NCBI GenBank assembly: GCA_020184695.1
Contig: JAANOX010000268.1
Location: 186,001 to 250,000, forward strand
Source of the DNA: Histomonas meleagridis 2922-C6/04-290x
Lineage: Eukaryota; Protista; Parabasalia
Reading direction: 5' to 3'
Length of the DNA stretch: 64,000 bases
The notes under the pieces were generated by a model. The model searched no databases. It was not told where the DNA came from and worked only from the letters and a program-made list of their open reading frames with translations. Of the stretch, positions 32,977-44,096 are shown piece by piece (the stretch's first letter is position 1; every line of letters begins with the position of its first letter). A program made the position numbers and the translations under genes.

Positions 32977-34281
32977 ATGTGCGACTTTTTTTCAGTTTCT
33001 TGTGTTTCACTCCCTTTAAATTTTGTTGTATTATTAAACTCAAAGTCAATCAAAAAAATTGGTCTTAAAAAAAATGGATATGCTTTGATCAAAGGAAAAA
33101 ACGAACAAATTTCAATATTTAAAGTTATTAAAGATAGTGAATGCAAGCCATATGAAATTAAAGTTCCACTGTCAGCACAGATTACATTGGGACTTTCTCC
33201 AAAGGATGAAATTCCAATACTTCCATTTGATGGAGAAGATCATTGTGATGCTATTAAGGTAGCTCCTTTATTTCGTAGTCATCGAAAAGAAGAATTCAAA
33301 TCACAAGTTATAGATTTTTTTACACAAACATCTCAACCAGTAACAATAGATTCTATTTTCCTCCTAAAAATAGGTAATCAAGAAAAGCCATTTAAAATTA
33401 TTAGTAGCTTACCAACCGATCGCTCTTTCACTAGTTCCACAACTAAATTATATTTCACACCTGAACCAGGGCCAATTCTTGATTCACCAATAATTCCTCA
33501 AATTTTTTCTAATTTAACATATGACGAAACCACCAAAGACTTTATTAACTCATATATTTTTAATCAATATAAATATCCACGACTTTTAGCACAAATGCGC
33601 ATTAATACATCCATTGGTATTCTTGTATATGGAGAATCCGGAAGTGGTAAGACCAGTCTTTTATCATCAATTTCAACTTCTCTTAAATGTCCTTCAATAT
33701 ACTGTGATTGTCATCAACTTAAATCACTTAAAATTGAAGAATTTTACGAAAACATAAATAAAGTTTTTGATTTTTATACTGATCATCCACCGTGTTTGAT
33801 CATGGTTGACAATCTACAAGAGATTGTGATCAAATTAAAAAATGCGAAAACAATTGAAGATAGAAAGAAGACCGTTTATTTGCTTGAAAAAGTCGAAAAC
33901 TGCCTCAAAAAAGCAGGCGTGATTTTGATTGGGACAATTGAGTCATTAGATGATATTGACAAGCGATTCTTAAGAGATGGAAGATTTGGTTATGAAGTAG
34001 AACTTAAACAGCCATCTACAAAAGAAACAAAAGAATTAATTAAAAATTATACTTCTGGAATGTTTATAACTGAAGAAGACTTAAATGAAATTGTTTCTAA
34101 ATTCGCGAACACAATGACAACAAAAGAGATAATGGAATTATGTAGAGAATCTGTTTCAAATTTGGTTGAAGATGTAACAGGTAGTCATGGAATGCATGTA
34201 AGTGATCGATTAATGGCTGATGCACTTGGTACTAAGATGCATCCAATTGATTTCGGGATAAAAACAAAAAAGGATAAATAA
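32977..34281 (+). CDS. Cdc48/p97-like AAA protein with N domain and one AAA module only
   Basis: p97-like N domain, Walker A GESGSGKT, Walker B variant IMVDNL and SRH-like FLRDGRF. Stops after D1. Confidence 0.7.
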   Translation: MCDFFSVSCVSLPLNFVVLLNSKSIKKIGLKKNGYALIKGKNEQISIFKVIKDSECKPYEIKVPLSAQITLGLSPKDEIPILPFDGEDHCDAIKVAPLFRSHRKEEFKSQVIDFFTQTSQPVTIDSIFLLKIGNQEKPFKIISSLPTDRSFTSSTTKLYFTPEPGPILDSPIIPQIFSNLTYDETTKDFINSYIFNQYKYPRLLAQMRINTSIGILVYGESGSGKTSLLSSISTSLKCPSIYCDCHQLKSLKIEEFYENINKVFDFYTDHPPCLIMVDNLQEIVIKLKNAKTIEDRKKTVYLLEKVENCLKKAGVILIGTIESLDDIDKRFLRDGRFGYEVELKQPSTKETKELIKNYTSGMFITEEDLNEIVSKFANTMTTKEIMELCRESVSNLVEDVTGSHGMHVSDRLMADALGTKMHPIDFGIKTKKDK

Positions 34282-34470
34282 ATGTTGTTTATTAATTTTT
34301 ATGAGAAGATGCTTCCGATTGTGTTTTTTTGATTTGGGTATTGACTTCACATGTTTCCTAAAGCTCTGAAAAGTGGATAAAACCGTCGAACGTTGTGTGA
34401 AAAAATCAAAGACGATAATTGAAATTCAATGAAAATTTGGAAAATTTGTCGGTTGATCTGACAAACTCCA

Positions 34471-35622
34471 ATGGAAGGAGACAACAACAACACAGAACAA
34501 AATCAACCTGAAGAAGTGACATCCACACAACAAAATCAACCTGAAGAAGTGACATCCACACAACAAAATCAACCTGAAGAAGTAACATCTACAGAACCAA
34601 CACCAAATACTGGTGGTACAGAACAACCACCAAATATTAACGAAGAATCAATTGAGACAAGGGATCCAACTCCTGACAATGACACACTTGAATCAAATGA
34701 AGCAGTTGAACCAACGTATACATATATTGATCCAGAACAACCAAATCAACAAGAAGATCAAAATGAAGTTGAAGGAGAGCCAGTAGAACCTGTGATGCCA
34801 ACTGATGCTGTTGTACCACCAACTCCATTACGACCACCACCTTTTGATATGGGTCCACCACCAGCTACAAGTTATACAATGGTTAGTCCACTTATTGTAG
34901 ACACCAGTGAACGTAGGCGAATGGATGGTTACAATCTTTACAACGTCATTTATCATACAGATGTTGGACCATCTAATTGGCATACTACACCATGTGATTA
35001 TACTCCCAATTCCAACAGTTTCTGGGAAATGTTCGAAATATTTCGTACAGCACTTATGTTAGCTTCTCTAAATAATCGAATAGAATCAATTAAATTACTC
35101 CTTGAGCAAAAAGCAATTGATGTTAATGCTAAAGATATTCATTTGTTTGACATAAAATTTATTTCAATAATTTGAAGTTTTGCTAAAATTTTTAAATTTT
35201 TTTCAAAATCGATAAAACAGCTCTGATATTGGCATCTTCACGTGGTCATATAGATGCAGTTAAATTACTTCTAAAAAGAGAAGGAATTGACGTTAATGCT
35301 GTAGATGTTTATTTGTTTTATGTAAATTTAATTTTGATAATTTTTTATTTCAAAATCATGTATAAGATTTATTCAAATTGTTTAATACAGCGCTCATGGA
35401 AGCAGTAAAATCGGGTTATACCGAAATCGTTAAATTACTTCTGGAACAAAATGGAATAGATATTAATGCTAAAAATATAATTTTATTTTGTTTTGGTTTT
35501 ATTTTTGCATTTTTATGTTTTTAAATTTTGTTTGGAAATTGTTCAAATTATTTAAATCAGCTCTTATGATCGCTTCTGCTTCAGGTTTTACAGAAATAGT
35601 CAAATTACTTGAACAAAAATAA
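34471..35622 (+). other. Interrupted ankyrin-repeat gene/array 2 with acidic/Pro-rich N-terminal ORF (34471..35175)
   Basis: Ankyrin blocks at 35047-35136, 35217-35306, 35387-35476 and 35557-35622, separated by three 80-nt AT-rich spacers. Confidence 0.85.
34495..34593 (+). repeat. 33-bp tandem repeat x3 (QQNQPEEVTST)
   Basis: Read directly from the sequence. Confidence 0.9.
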
Positions 35623-36647
35623 TTCAAATTTCATGAATATTATAAACACTAGATACATTTTATTTTCATGGAATAAAATTGCTCCATATAATGAAGGTAA
35701 AACTAAATTTAAAATTTTAGGAATTTTTTTTCCAATGACGTTTACAAATATATTCGTTCATTAGTGTCTAGCTGAATATTACATTTGTGGGAAAACTAGC
35801 TGGCAACTTTTTTCAAATGTTTAAAGATTTGATATCCAACATCTTAGAAGAAAAATGGTTTTTCCAATGAATGTTAAATCAAAAGAATATGGTTCTAAAC
35901 CCACATATGGCACAGATCTAAGATTAGTAAAGATCGATTCATATTAAACTGTTATTATACAAATTCATTCATATGAATAGAATCCTATTTTGTAATTCAT
36001 TTTGGTTATCCATGTGAACAATTATTAATACTTGTAACATATATAATATTATATATTTAAAACAACTTTTTATTTTTTCAAATTTCAGATGCACATTAAA
36101 ATTTTATTGTTCATCAGTGACAAATCACAATAAATATTAACCATAATAAATTAAAATTAATTTCATTTAAAATTAGCTTAAAGTTAAACATTTACTAACA
36201 ATTCGTTACTATATCTTTTTCCTTACGAAATATTGCCAATACTAGTATTGGCATAATCGTTATTAAGAATTTCCATATTTTAGCGAAAATTTTTAGATTT
36301 ATGTGAACAAATTTTATACACATATGGATCTTAATTATAACAATTATAAATGTTATTTCATTTCAGCATATGCTGATTGTAAAAACATATTTAAAATGAA
36401 ATTTATTAAATCGAAACAAAGAAATAGTTTTTATCGAGGATAGACATTATTCAAAATTTTTGATGTCTTTTCTATTTTTTTCTATAAATTTAGCAAGTTA
36501 ACAATTTGAATATCTAAAAAAAGTGCCATACCGCCATTATTTTGAATTATTTAACGTCCAATTATATTGAAATGAAGAAGAAGGAAGATTTCTCTTGGCG
36601 CGATATTTATTCACTTCATTTTTTATTAATAAATAATTGAACAAAAT

Positions 36648-38500
36648 ATGAGTACAACTAAGAATATGAAGAATATTGAAGGTATTAATACTACATTAAA
36701 TTTTACTAGTAATGCCATGAAAGTATTAAAAGCGCGATATCTTCAACAAGATGAAAACAATGAAATCATTGAAACCCCAGAAGAAATGTTTCAACGAGTA
36801 GCCAAATGTTTAGCATCAGTTGAAAAAGATGAAGAAAAATGGAGTCGAATTTTTAGTGAAGTTATGACAAATTTTGAATTTATTCCAGCAGGACGTACAT
36901 TAGCCAATGCAGGTGCCAAGACAGCACTTATTTCTAATTGTGTTGTTTTACATATGGAAGATTCTTTAGATAGTATTTTTGATACACTTAAAGAAGCAGC
37001 ACTTCTTCAACAAGCAGGTTCAGGTATTGGATTTCCATTTCATCTTCTTCGACCAGCAGGATTTAAATGTAAACGAACACTTGGTTCATCAAGTGGACCA
37101 TTATCATTTTTACGAATTTATTCAGAAGCATTTCGAATAGTTCAACAACATGGTCGTCATGGAGCTAATATGGCTTTAATGCGTGTTGATCATCCCGATA
37201 TTTTAGAATTTATTGAAGCCAAAGCTAAAGAAGGTACATATGAGAATTTTAATTTTTCAGTTGGACTTACTGATGAATTTATGGAACGAGTTATTAATAA
37301 TGATCCAACACCATGGTTATGTACATGGAATGGTGAAAAGATGAAACCACGATATATTACACGTGATGCAGCAGGACGTATTACAGATATTACAGAAGCT
37401 GATATTTCAGCGCCAGAAATTATGGATGAAATTATTTATAGTGCATGGCGTAATGGTGAACCAGGATGTATTTTTCTTGATACAGTTAATAAGACTAATC
37501 CATTACCAGGTCTTGGGCCTATTGAATGTTGTAATCCATGTGGAGAACAATATCTTCATTCAGGTGATGCATGTAATTTAGGATCAATTAATTTAGAAAA
37601 AAATTTGTTAATTCAGATCGTACATTAAATGAAGAAAAAAATTAAAAGAAGTTACCCGTATAGCAGTTCGAATGTTAGATAATGTAGTAGATTTAACACA
37701 ATTTCCAGTAGAACGTGTCAATACTATGTTTAAAAAAATAATAGACGTATTGGTTTAGGTATTATGGGTTTAGCAGATATGTTATTTTTAATGAAATTAC
37801 CATATAATTCAGAAGAAGGACGAAAAGTAGCTACACGAGCTATGGAAATTATTCAAGAAACATCTATTGATGAATCAATTAAACTTGGAGCTGAAAAAGG
37901 TAATTTCCCAAACTTTGATAAAAGTATTTGGTGTAAGAAATATGCGACGATGCGAAATGCATCATTAACTAATGTAGCACCTACTGGTTCTACATCTATG
38001 TTAATGGATGTTTCATCAGGTGTTGAACCATATTTTGCATTAGCATATCGACGATGTAATTGTTTAGCAGGTGAAATGAAACCATTTGTTAACAAACATT
38101 TAAAGAAAGCACTTAAAGAAAATAATTGTTATTCTAAAGAAATTATGGAACAAATCCTTCAAACAGGTACATTAAGGAATGTTATCGGAGTTCCAGAAGA
38201 AGTTAAAAAAGTATTTGTTACATCATTGGATATTTCACCTAAAGATCATATTAATATGCAAAGTGAAATTCAAAAAAATATACATGTAACGCGATTTCTA
38301 AAACAGTTAATTTTGAACAAGATGCAACAGAAGATATGGTTCGAGAAGGATTTATCGAAGGATGGAAATTGGGTTGTAAAGGTTTAACAGTTTATCGAAA
38401 TGGTTCAAGACAATATCAAGTTCTTGAAACTAAAGCACAAAGTAATGAAGCTGTGAAAACTTTTGTCGATACTTGTAAAGATGGTAAATGTGATATTTAA
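36648..38500 (+). CDS. nrdJ: Ribonucleotide reductase, class II (NrdJ-like, B12-dependent), split by four frameshifts as assembled
   Basis: VLKARYL, ETPEEMFQRVA, PAGRTL, SNC, GANM, HPDILEFI, NFSV, GEPG, CNPCGEQ, ACNLGSINL, RRIGLGIMG, APTGSTS, SSGVEP, AISKTVN, KGLTVYR and C-terminal CKDGKC. No ATP cone and no NrdB nearby. Removing 2 nt at each of four A7 runs gives a 614-aa ORF. Confidence 0.85.
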
Positions 38501-39323
38501 ATAAAATAAAAAAATTTTTTATTATTCTTATTTAAGATTTTCAATATATCTTGAACACTTCAATTGTATTTCTGTCTCTACAATTTCATTTTCATCTTCT
38601 GCTTCTATATATATTAATGAATCTTTTCCAATAACATTTTTTATTTCTTTTTTCAGAACCAGCATTGAAGATCCATGTAACATTCAATCTTTTAACTGTA
38701 CAAGAAGAGGTATATTTCTTAAATTACTATTTTTATAAAGAAATCATTGTAATAAATCACATAACGACACTTTATTATGATAAGATCATCAAGTAATCTT
38801 TCATACATACTTTCCCTTTCTGCTATTTTTTCCAACCAAAACATGCTTTCATACATAAACACAAAAACAATACTCAGACAGTTACTTTCATATGGAAAAT
38901 CATGAAAAGCGCGGTGATTAGTTCAACATAAGTAAGTCCGTCGGGAGACCATTTTTAAAATAAAAATCAAATTGTTTGCAGGCCTGCCTGAAGGCCACAA
39001 CGTGGCGTCCTCTGACCGTCTTTTGGCTCAAGTTGCGCTGACTGAAGCAGTGCGGGAATTGAAAAAAAAAAATTATTTGCTTCTAAGTTTTCTATTCGAC
39101 TATGGGCTTGTTAAATAATGTTTTTATGCATCACAAAAAATCTTCTTTGACTTTTATGGAATCCAAACGATTTTTGCCATCAAAATGTGAATGTTTTATT
39201 AATTAAGTATTTAAAGATAAAAATCTTTTCAACAATTCATTCAATTTTCACGTTAAAATAAATACTAATTCAAACTTATATTTTATTCATGAACAAAAGG
39301 GTTAAAATGCTGAAAAATTTATG

Positions 39324-41012
39324 TCACTTCAACAGTGAAGTCCCATTCTTTGTGATAAAATCTTTCAACAATTTTGATGTCGGGAATTGTAACAAAGCAG
39401 CCTGAAGTAAAGCTGTTTTATTTTGATGATCGCACAAGTTTGCAAGAATTACAGCCCTTTCTACGAGCATTTCTTCCTTTGGATTTACAGAAAGTGCCTT
39501 CATAACCGTTGGCATAACCGCCCTGTCGTTTTTGATAGCATTCAAATAACCGTAATTCGAGCATTCAAATATGAACGATACGATGTTTGATGCGATTTGA
39601 GGTTCCTTCAAGTAAATGGAAAGCAACACTGAAGCCAACCTTATTAGCTTGTATTGCTCCACTTTGGAAGGCGCATAAGGAACGCAAAGTGATATTGTCC
39701 CGAAAGCACAAGAAACAAGCTCTGGAACCTTTGTACTTGATAAGATTATGGGATTAATGTCATCAAATACTCTTTCTGAGAGTTCTTTCACTCGTTTTTC
39801 GACTTCTTTGCCTTCCTCAGGTAAAGGAATGGTGAGGAAATATCGCGTGATGACAATCATTGATGCTCTGTAAAGTTGAATTTCCAAATCTTTTGTCTCA
39901 AGAAGTTCAAAGGACCAATCTAATGCACCTCCATTAATTGCTTTCTTTAGCGCGTCCTTGATAATGCATATTTTACTAAGTAACATCATTGCGCCTGAAG
40001 TTTTTTTCTGCATGCAGATTTCAACAATTCCCTTCTCGTTTGCCTTAACAAGAAGTTCTTCGTTGTTTGCGATCTGGAATATGAGGTAAAACAATGTTTG
40101 TAGTGCAACTTCATTAAGATCATATTTGAATCCATCACATAAAAGTTCGACAAAGTTGTACTCCATTAAACGCTCAAATAGATCTTTAGGTGCCAATTGC
40201 AGTATGTTAAGGATTTGGGTGAATATGGTTTCGTTGTCTTTCCACTTTGATAATACATGATGAATAATTACATATCCAGCCCAAACATCACTAGCTCCTT
40301 TGGATGCTAGAACCGTCAAGATATGGAGGCAAGAAGAAACGATTGGCTCAAAATCAATGTAAATTTGTAGTATTGAATAAAATATTCGACAACAGCCACT
40401 TGAATTAATTTTGAGAATTTGTTCTTGAGTGACTTCATTTTCAGTAAGAAACTTGATCGCGTTGCTTAGAGAAACTGAAAGTTTTTCGATATTAAGGATT
40501 GAAATTGGAATAGCTGAAAAAACCGCTAAATCAGCATCTTCTTTTGATATGAATGGAAGACCGACTTCCTCAAGAAGTCTGCTTAAGGCTGCTTGGCCTT
40601 CGGAGTTGGGATATAGAGCAGATGAACGAGAATATTCTTGAAGAGCAGCTAAAAGTTTACCATTGAGTTCACTGATTTGGCCTCTACGAAGGTAGGCTAA
40701 ACTAAGAATAGGTGTCATTGGATCTTTTTCAAGTTCTGAAATATTTCCATTTGATATTTTATCTTCTGGTCTTACTTGACGGTAAATATCAATCACAGCA
40801 TTAGCATCAGAAAGTGCATCGTCGCGTTTTTCAAGAAACATTCTACATAAAGATCTTTGAAGAAGAGATGAACATTTAAGAAGTGCATCTTCATCACTTG
40901 AAATTGTCACTTTATCAATAACTTTAGTAAATATACTGTCAGCTTTGCTCCATTTTTTATGTTCCATTTTGTGAATACCAACATCACGAAGCTTAACCAA
41001 AGATTCAGCCAT
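39324..41012 (-). CDS. TPR + ARM-repeat protein
   Basis: N-terminal TPR-like helices (ALSDANAVI, AYLRRGQI...ALQEY) followed by ARM-like helices. ATG at 41012. Confidence 0.6.
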   Translation of the reverse strand: MAESLVKLRDVGIHKMEHKKWSKADSIFTKVIDKVTISSDEDALLKCSSLLQRSLCRMFLEKRDDALSDANAVIDIYRQVRPEDKISNGNISELEKDPMTPILSLAYLRRGQISELNGKLLAALQEYSRSSALYPNSEGQAALSRLLEEVGLPFISKEDADLAVFSAIPISILNIEKLSVSLSNAIKFLTENEVTQEQILKINSSGCCRIFYSILQIYIDFEPIVSSCLHILTVLASKGASDVWAGYVIIHHVLSKWKDNETIFTQILNILQLAPKDLFERLMEYNFVELLCDGFKYDLNEVALQTLFYLIFQIANNEELLVKANEKGIVEICMQKKTSGAMMLLSKICIIKDALKKAINGGALDWSFELLETKDLEIQLYRASMIVITRYFLTIPLPEEGKEVEKRVKELSERVFDDINPIILSSTKVPELVSCAFGTISLCVPYAPSKVEQYKLIRLASVLLSIYLKEPQIASNIVSFIFECSNYGYLNAIKNDRAVMPTVMKALSVNPKEEMLVERAVILANLCDHQNKTALLQAALLQFPTSKLLKDFITKNGTSLLK

Positions 41013-41735
41013 TATTAGGATCAAACAAACTTTCTCAAATTAGATTTTTTGGTGTGTGAAACTCTTCACATCGAGAAGAAAGTGAGAAGCAACTTGAAGA
41101 AAGCACAAAATGAGAAGATGTGTTTGAACTTTCATAAAATATTTTTTCAATTAATCTCATAACAATAAAAAAATTTAGAATTTTTTTTTTCTACTGAATA
41201 AATACTGAATATATATCGTGATGAATATTTAAAAAAGAGATAACAAAAAATCTAAAATCATATTTGGTTTTACGTTCACGATGAACCTTATATTACGATA
41301 AAAAATAGTCAAGAAAAAATTTAACGAAGAAAAAAGAATTATCTTAAAAACGCGAGAATTATTTCATTCGAGAAACTGTATTTATATTGCCATATATGAT
41401 TTGATTATATTTTCATATAATTATTCGAGTAATTATTGATTTTTTTGGCGAAATTTGCAAAAAAATGAAGATTTTAATTCAAAGGAGAAGAGATTTACCC
41501 TATCGTTTTTCACATTGTTTTTTTCAGAATTTTTATGATGATTTACAACAACCGAAAATTTTGGTTCAAAAGTATCGGTTATTACGACCATATTTTCGGA
41601 CTTGTTAATTGAAGTCAGGGTACACAAAAGTGGCATCGATTCTTTGAAATAACGGTTTTTTGAGATGGATACTTTCAATATTAAGCTTTGGAATCAGCTT
41701 TTTGAATGAAATTAACGTCTTCTATCGCATAGTCC

Positions 41736-42641
41736 ATGTCTGAAGAAGACGTAACCCTCCATGTCGATAACAACCCAAAGACTATGCTGCGTTCTCGAAT
41801 ATTTGGGCATGACGGAGTTATCATACCTTTCCGTGAGGGCATAATTGCAAAAAAGTGCAGAATTCTTCAAGAGCTTCGTTTCTACCTTGGATATATCGGC
41901 TGGATCCATGATATGGTTCCTGAGAGTCTTATTCCAAAGGTTGAAGGCTTCGTGGAAGAAAAGGATGCCGGATCAATTTCCATCAAAAATCCAGAAATTC
42001 ATCTAAAGATAAGGAAAGAATTGAGTATGCCAGCTTTAACTAGTACTCCATACATTTTGATGCGCGACATAGCAGGCGGGTTTGTTAAACCTGCTGTATT
42101 AGATATCAAGCTTGGTGGAAGGACCTGGGCACTCGGTGCCAAACCAGAGAAAGTTGCGCACATGCGAAAGAAAGTAGAAAGTGGAACAGCCAGTAGCTTA
42201 AAATTTAAAGTTCGTGCAGCTATGTGGTATAGCAAGAATCCAGATAAATGGCCAATCACCGAAAATGCAAACTACATCGAACGTGACTTTGGCAACAATT
42301 GCACAGAAGAAGAATTAAGAAACTTTTTGAAAGATTTCTTTCATGACAAGAAAAAGTTACCTTTTTTCATTGATAAGTTAGAAAAATTGAAAAACGCTTT
42401 GTATAAACTGAGAAATGAGGCTAATGCACGATTGTTTAGTTCGTCTGTTTTGCTTGTTTATGATGAAGAAGACGAGTCTAAAAAAGAGTGCAGGCTTCTC
42501 GACTTCGCAAAAACTTATTGGAACATAAACAAAATGGCTGAAGAATTCAACGAAAACGTAAAGGATTGCGAAGACGATATTTTACCTGGAATTCAAAACT
42601 TGATAGTCCTTTTAAGATCTATCCTCAATGAAGAAGAGTAA
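41736..42641 (+). CDS. Inositol polyphosphate kinase (IPK/IPMK family)
   Basis: PAVLDIKLG (PxxxDxKxG), SSVLLVYD and LLDFA. Confidence 0.88.
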   Translation: MSEEDVTLHVDNNPKTMLRSRIFGHDGVIIPFREGIIAKKCRILQELRFYLGYIGWIHDMVPESLIPKVEGFVEEKDAGSISIKNPEIHLKIRKELSMPALTSTPYILMRDIAGGFVKPAVLDIKLGGRTWALGAKPEKVAHMRKKVESGTASSLKFKVRAAMWYSKNPDKWPITENANYIERDFGNNCTEEELRNFLKDFFHDKKKLPFFIDKLEKLKNALYKLRNEANARLFSSSVLLVYDEEDESKKECRLLDFAKTYWNINKMAEEFNENVKDCEDDILPGIQNLIVLLRSILNEEE

Positions 42642-42967
42642 CTTTCCTAAGTTAGAAAAATAAAAAAAATATGTTTGAATATGTCTTTTGTGAACTTAGA
42701 AATGGAATGAGATTGAAACGAAACTTTCCAAAAATTTGTAAAATGATTCATCTTGGTGAGGATTGTTGTAGAATAGATGTAGAAAGTGATTATTTGTTGA
42801 GGATGTGAATGATTAGTCTTCGATAAAATTTGAACACAAAAATTACGTTTAAACGTCATTGCATTTGAAAAAGAGAGAGTGGTTAAAGGGTAAATTTATC
42901 CCTTTAATTAGGCAAATTTTGAATTCAAAAGTTTATTTGATGAAAGTTTTATTTCAGTTTTGATAAA

Positions 42968-43558
42968 TTAGAAGCAGCAGTCCTTTTTGCCCTTTTGTGA
43001 ACCTGGTTCAATGCGTTTTGTGTCGTCGTCTTTTCGGGCATCTGTAGCTGCTAGTCCTTTTCGGTAAATTGCAGCTGCTGTTCTTTGAAATGCTTCTTGA
43101 ATATTGTCACCACCAAGCGCAGATGTTTCAAGATATGTAAGCTGATGCAACTGAGCGAACCCTTCTGCTTCAGATGGAGTAATTGTTCTTTGATCAACTA
43201 AATCGGATTTATTTCCAATTAATGTGACAACAGCATTAGGGTCGCAAAGCGAATGAATGTCTTTTAGCCAGTCTGTTAGGTCTTCAAAAGATTTTCTGTC
43301 TGTGAGATCAAAAACCAAAATAACTCCTATAGCAGAACGGAAATATGCTTTTGCAATTGACCTAAATCTTTCTTGACCAGCTGTATCCCAAATATGTAGT
43401 TTTATTTGTTTGTCATCAACGACAACAGAAGTTGCCAAAAATTCGACACCAATTGTTGACTGTGATTCTTCTGCAAAAACATCATCAACTAGGCGCTTGA
43501 GGATAGCTGTTTTTCCAACGCCACTTGATCCTATAACAATAAACTTGTAATTTGACAT
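42968..43558 (-). CDS. Rab-family small GTPase
   Basis: GSSGVGKT, TIGVEF, WDTAGQERF, GNKSD, ETSA and C-terminal CC. ATG at 43558. Confidence 0.93.
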   Translation of the reverse strand: MSNYKFIVIGSSGVGKTAILKRLVDDVFAEESQSTIGVEFLATSVVVDDKQIKLHIWDTAGQERFRSIAKAYFRSAIGVILVFDLTDRKSFEDLTDWLKDIHSLCDPNAVVTLIGNKSDLVDQRTITPSEAEGFAQLHQLTYLETSALGGDNIQEAFQRTAAAIYRKGLAATDARKDDDTKRIEPGSQKGKKDCCF

Positions 43559-44096
43559 AAATAAAAATGAAGCTTTTGAGGATTTGACCAAAAATTGTCG
43601 GCAAATGAGTAAAGTTCGGAATTTTGTCAAAATCTCAAAAAATTGGGCAAGCATTTGCACATGAGTTTTTCAAGATATAATGAAAGAGATATGGAAAGTT
43701 ATCATCGAATCAAAATAAATGTGAAATCTTTTGTGTTGAATGAAATTTAGTTGTAAAAGTTTGAAATCAAAATTTGTAAATATAAAGATTGGGAATCTTT
43801 CTTGGGTCAAGTTGCTACAAAAAGTGAGAGTTCCTTTATTCTTTTATTAACATACGCTCTGTTTGCTCTGTTTAAAATACAAACCTTCATAACGTTTTAC
43901 AAAATTTTCTTTGTTGTTACAAAAAACATTAAAATCTATGTAAAAAGAATCGTAGTTTAGGAAACTCTTTTTCACAAATACATTTTAAATGCCTAAAAAT
44001 CAATTTTCAGCAAACATAAGTAATGTTTAATACAAAATCACTTATATCAACAAATGAAAACGAGATCAAGTCGCAAAACAAATCATACAAACACAA

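Noticed and set aside
38520-38800. Possible small minus-strand gene remnant after the RNR
   Set aside because: It is interrupted by stops and has no recognisable motif.
38925-38950. AGTAAGTCCGTCGGGAGACC resembles the 5S rRNA box C region or RNase P/MRP CR-I
   Set aside because: The rest of the 5S helices and the CR-V element could not be found.
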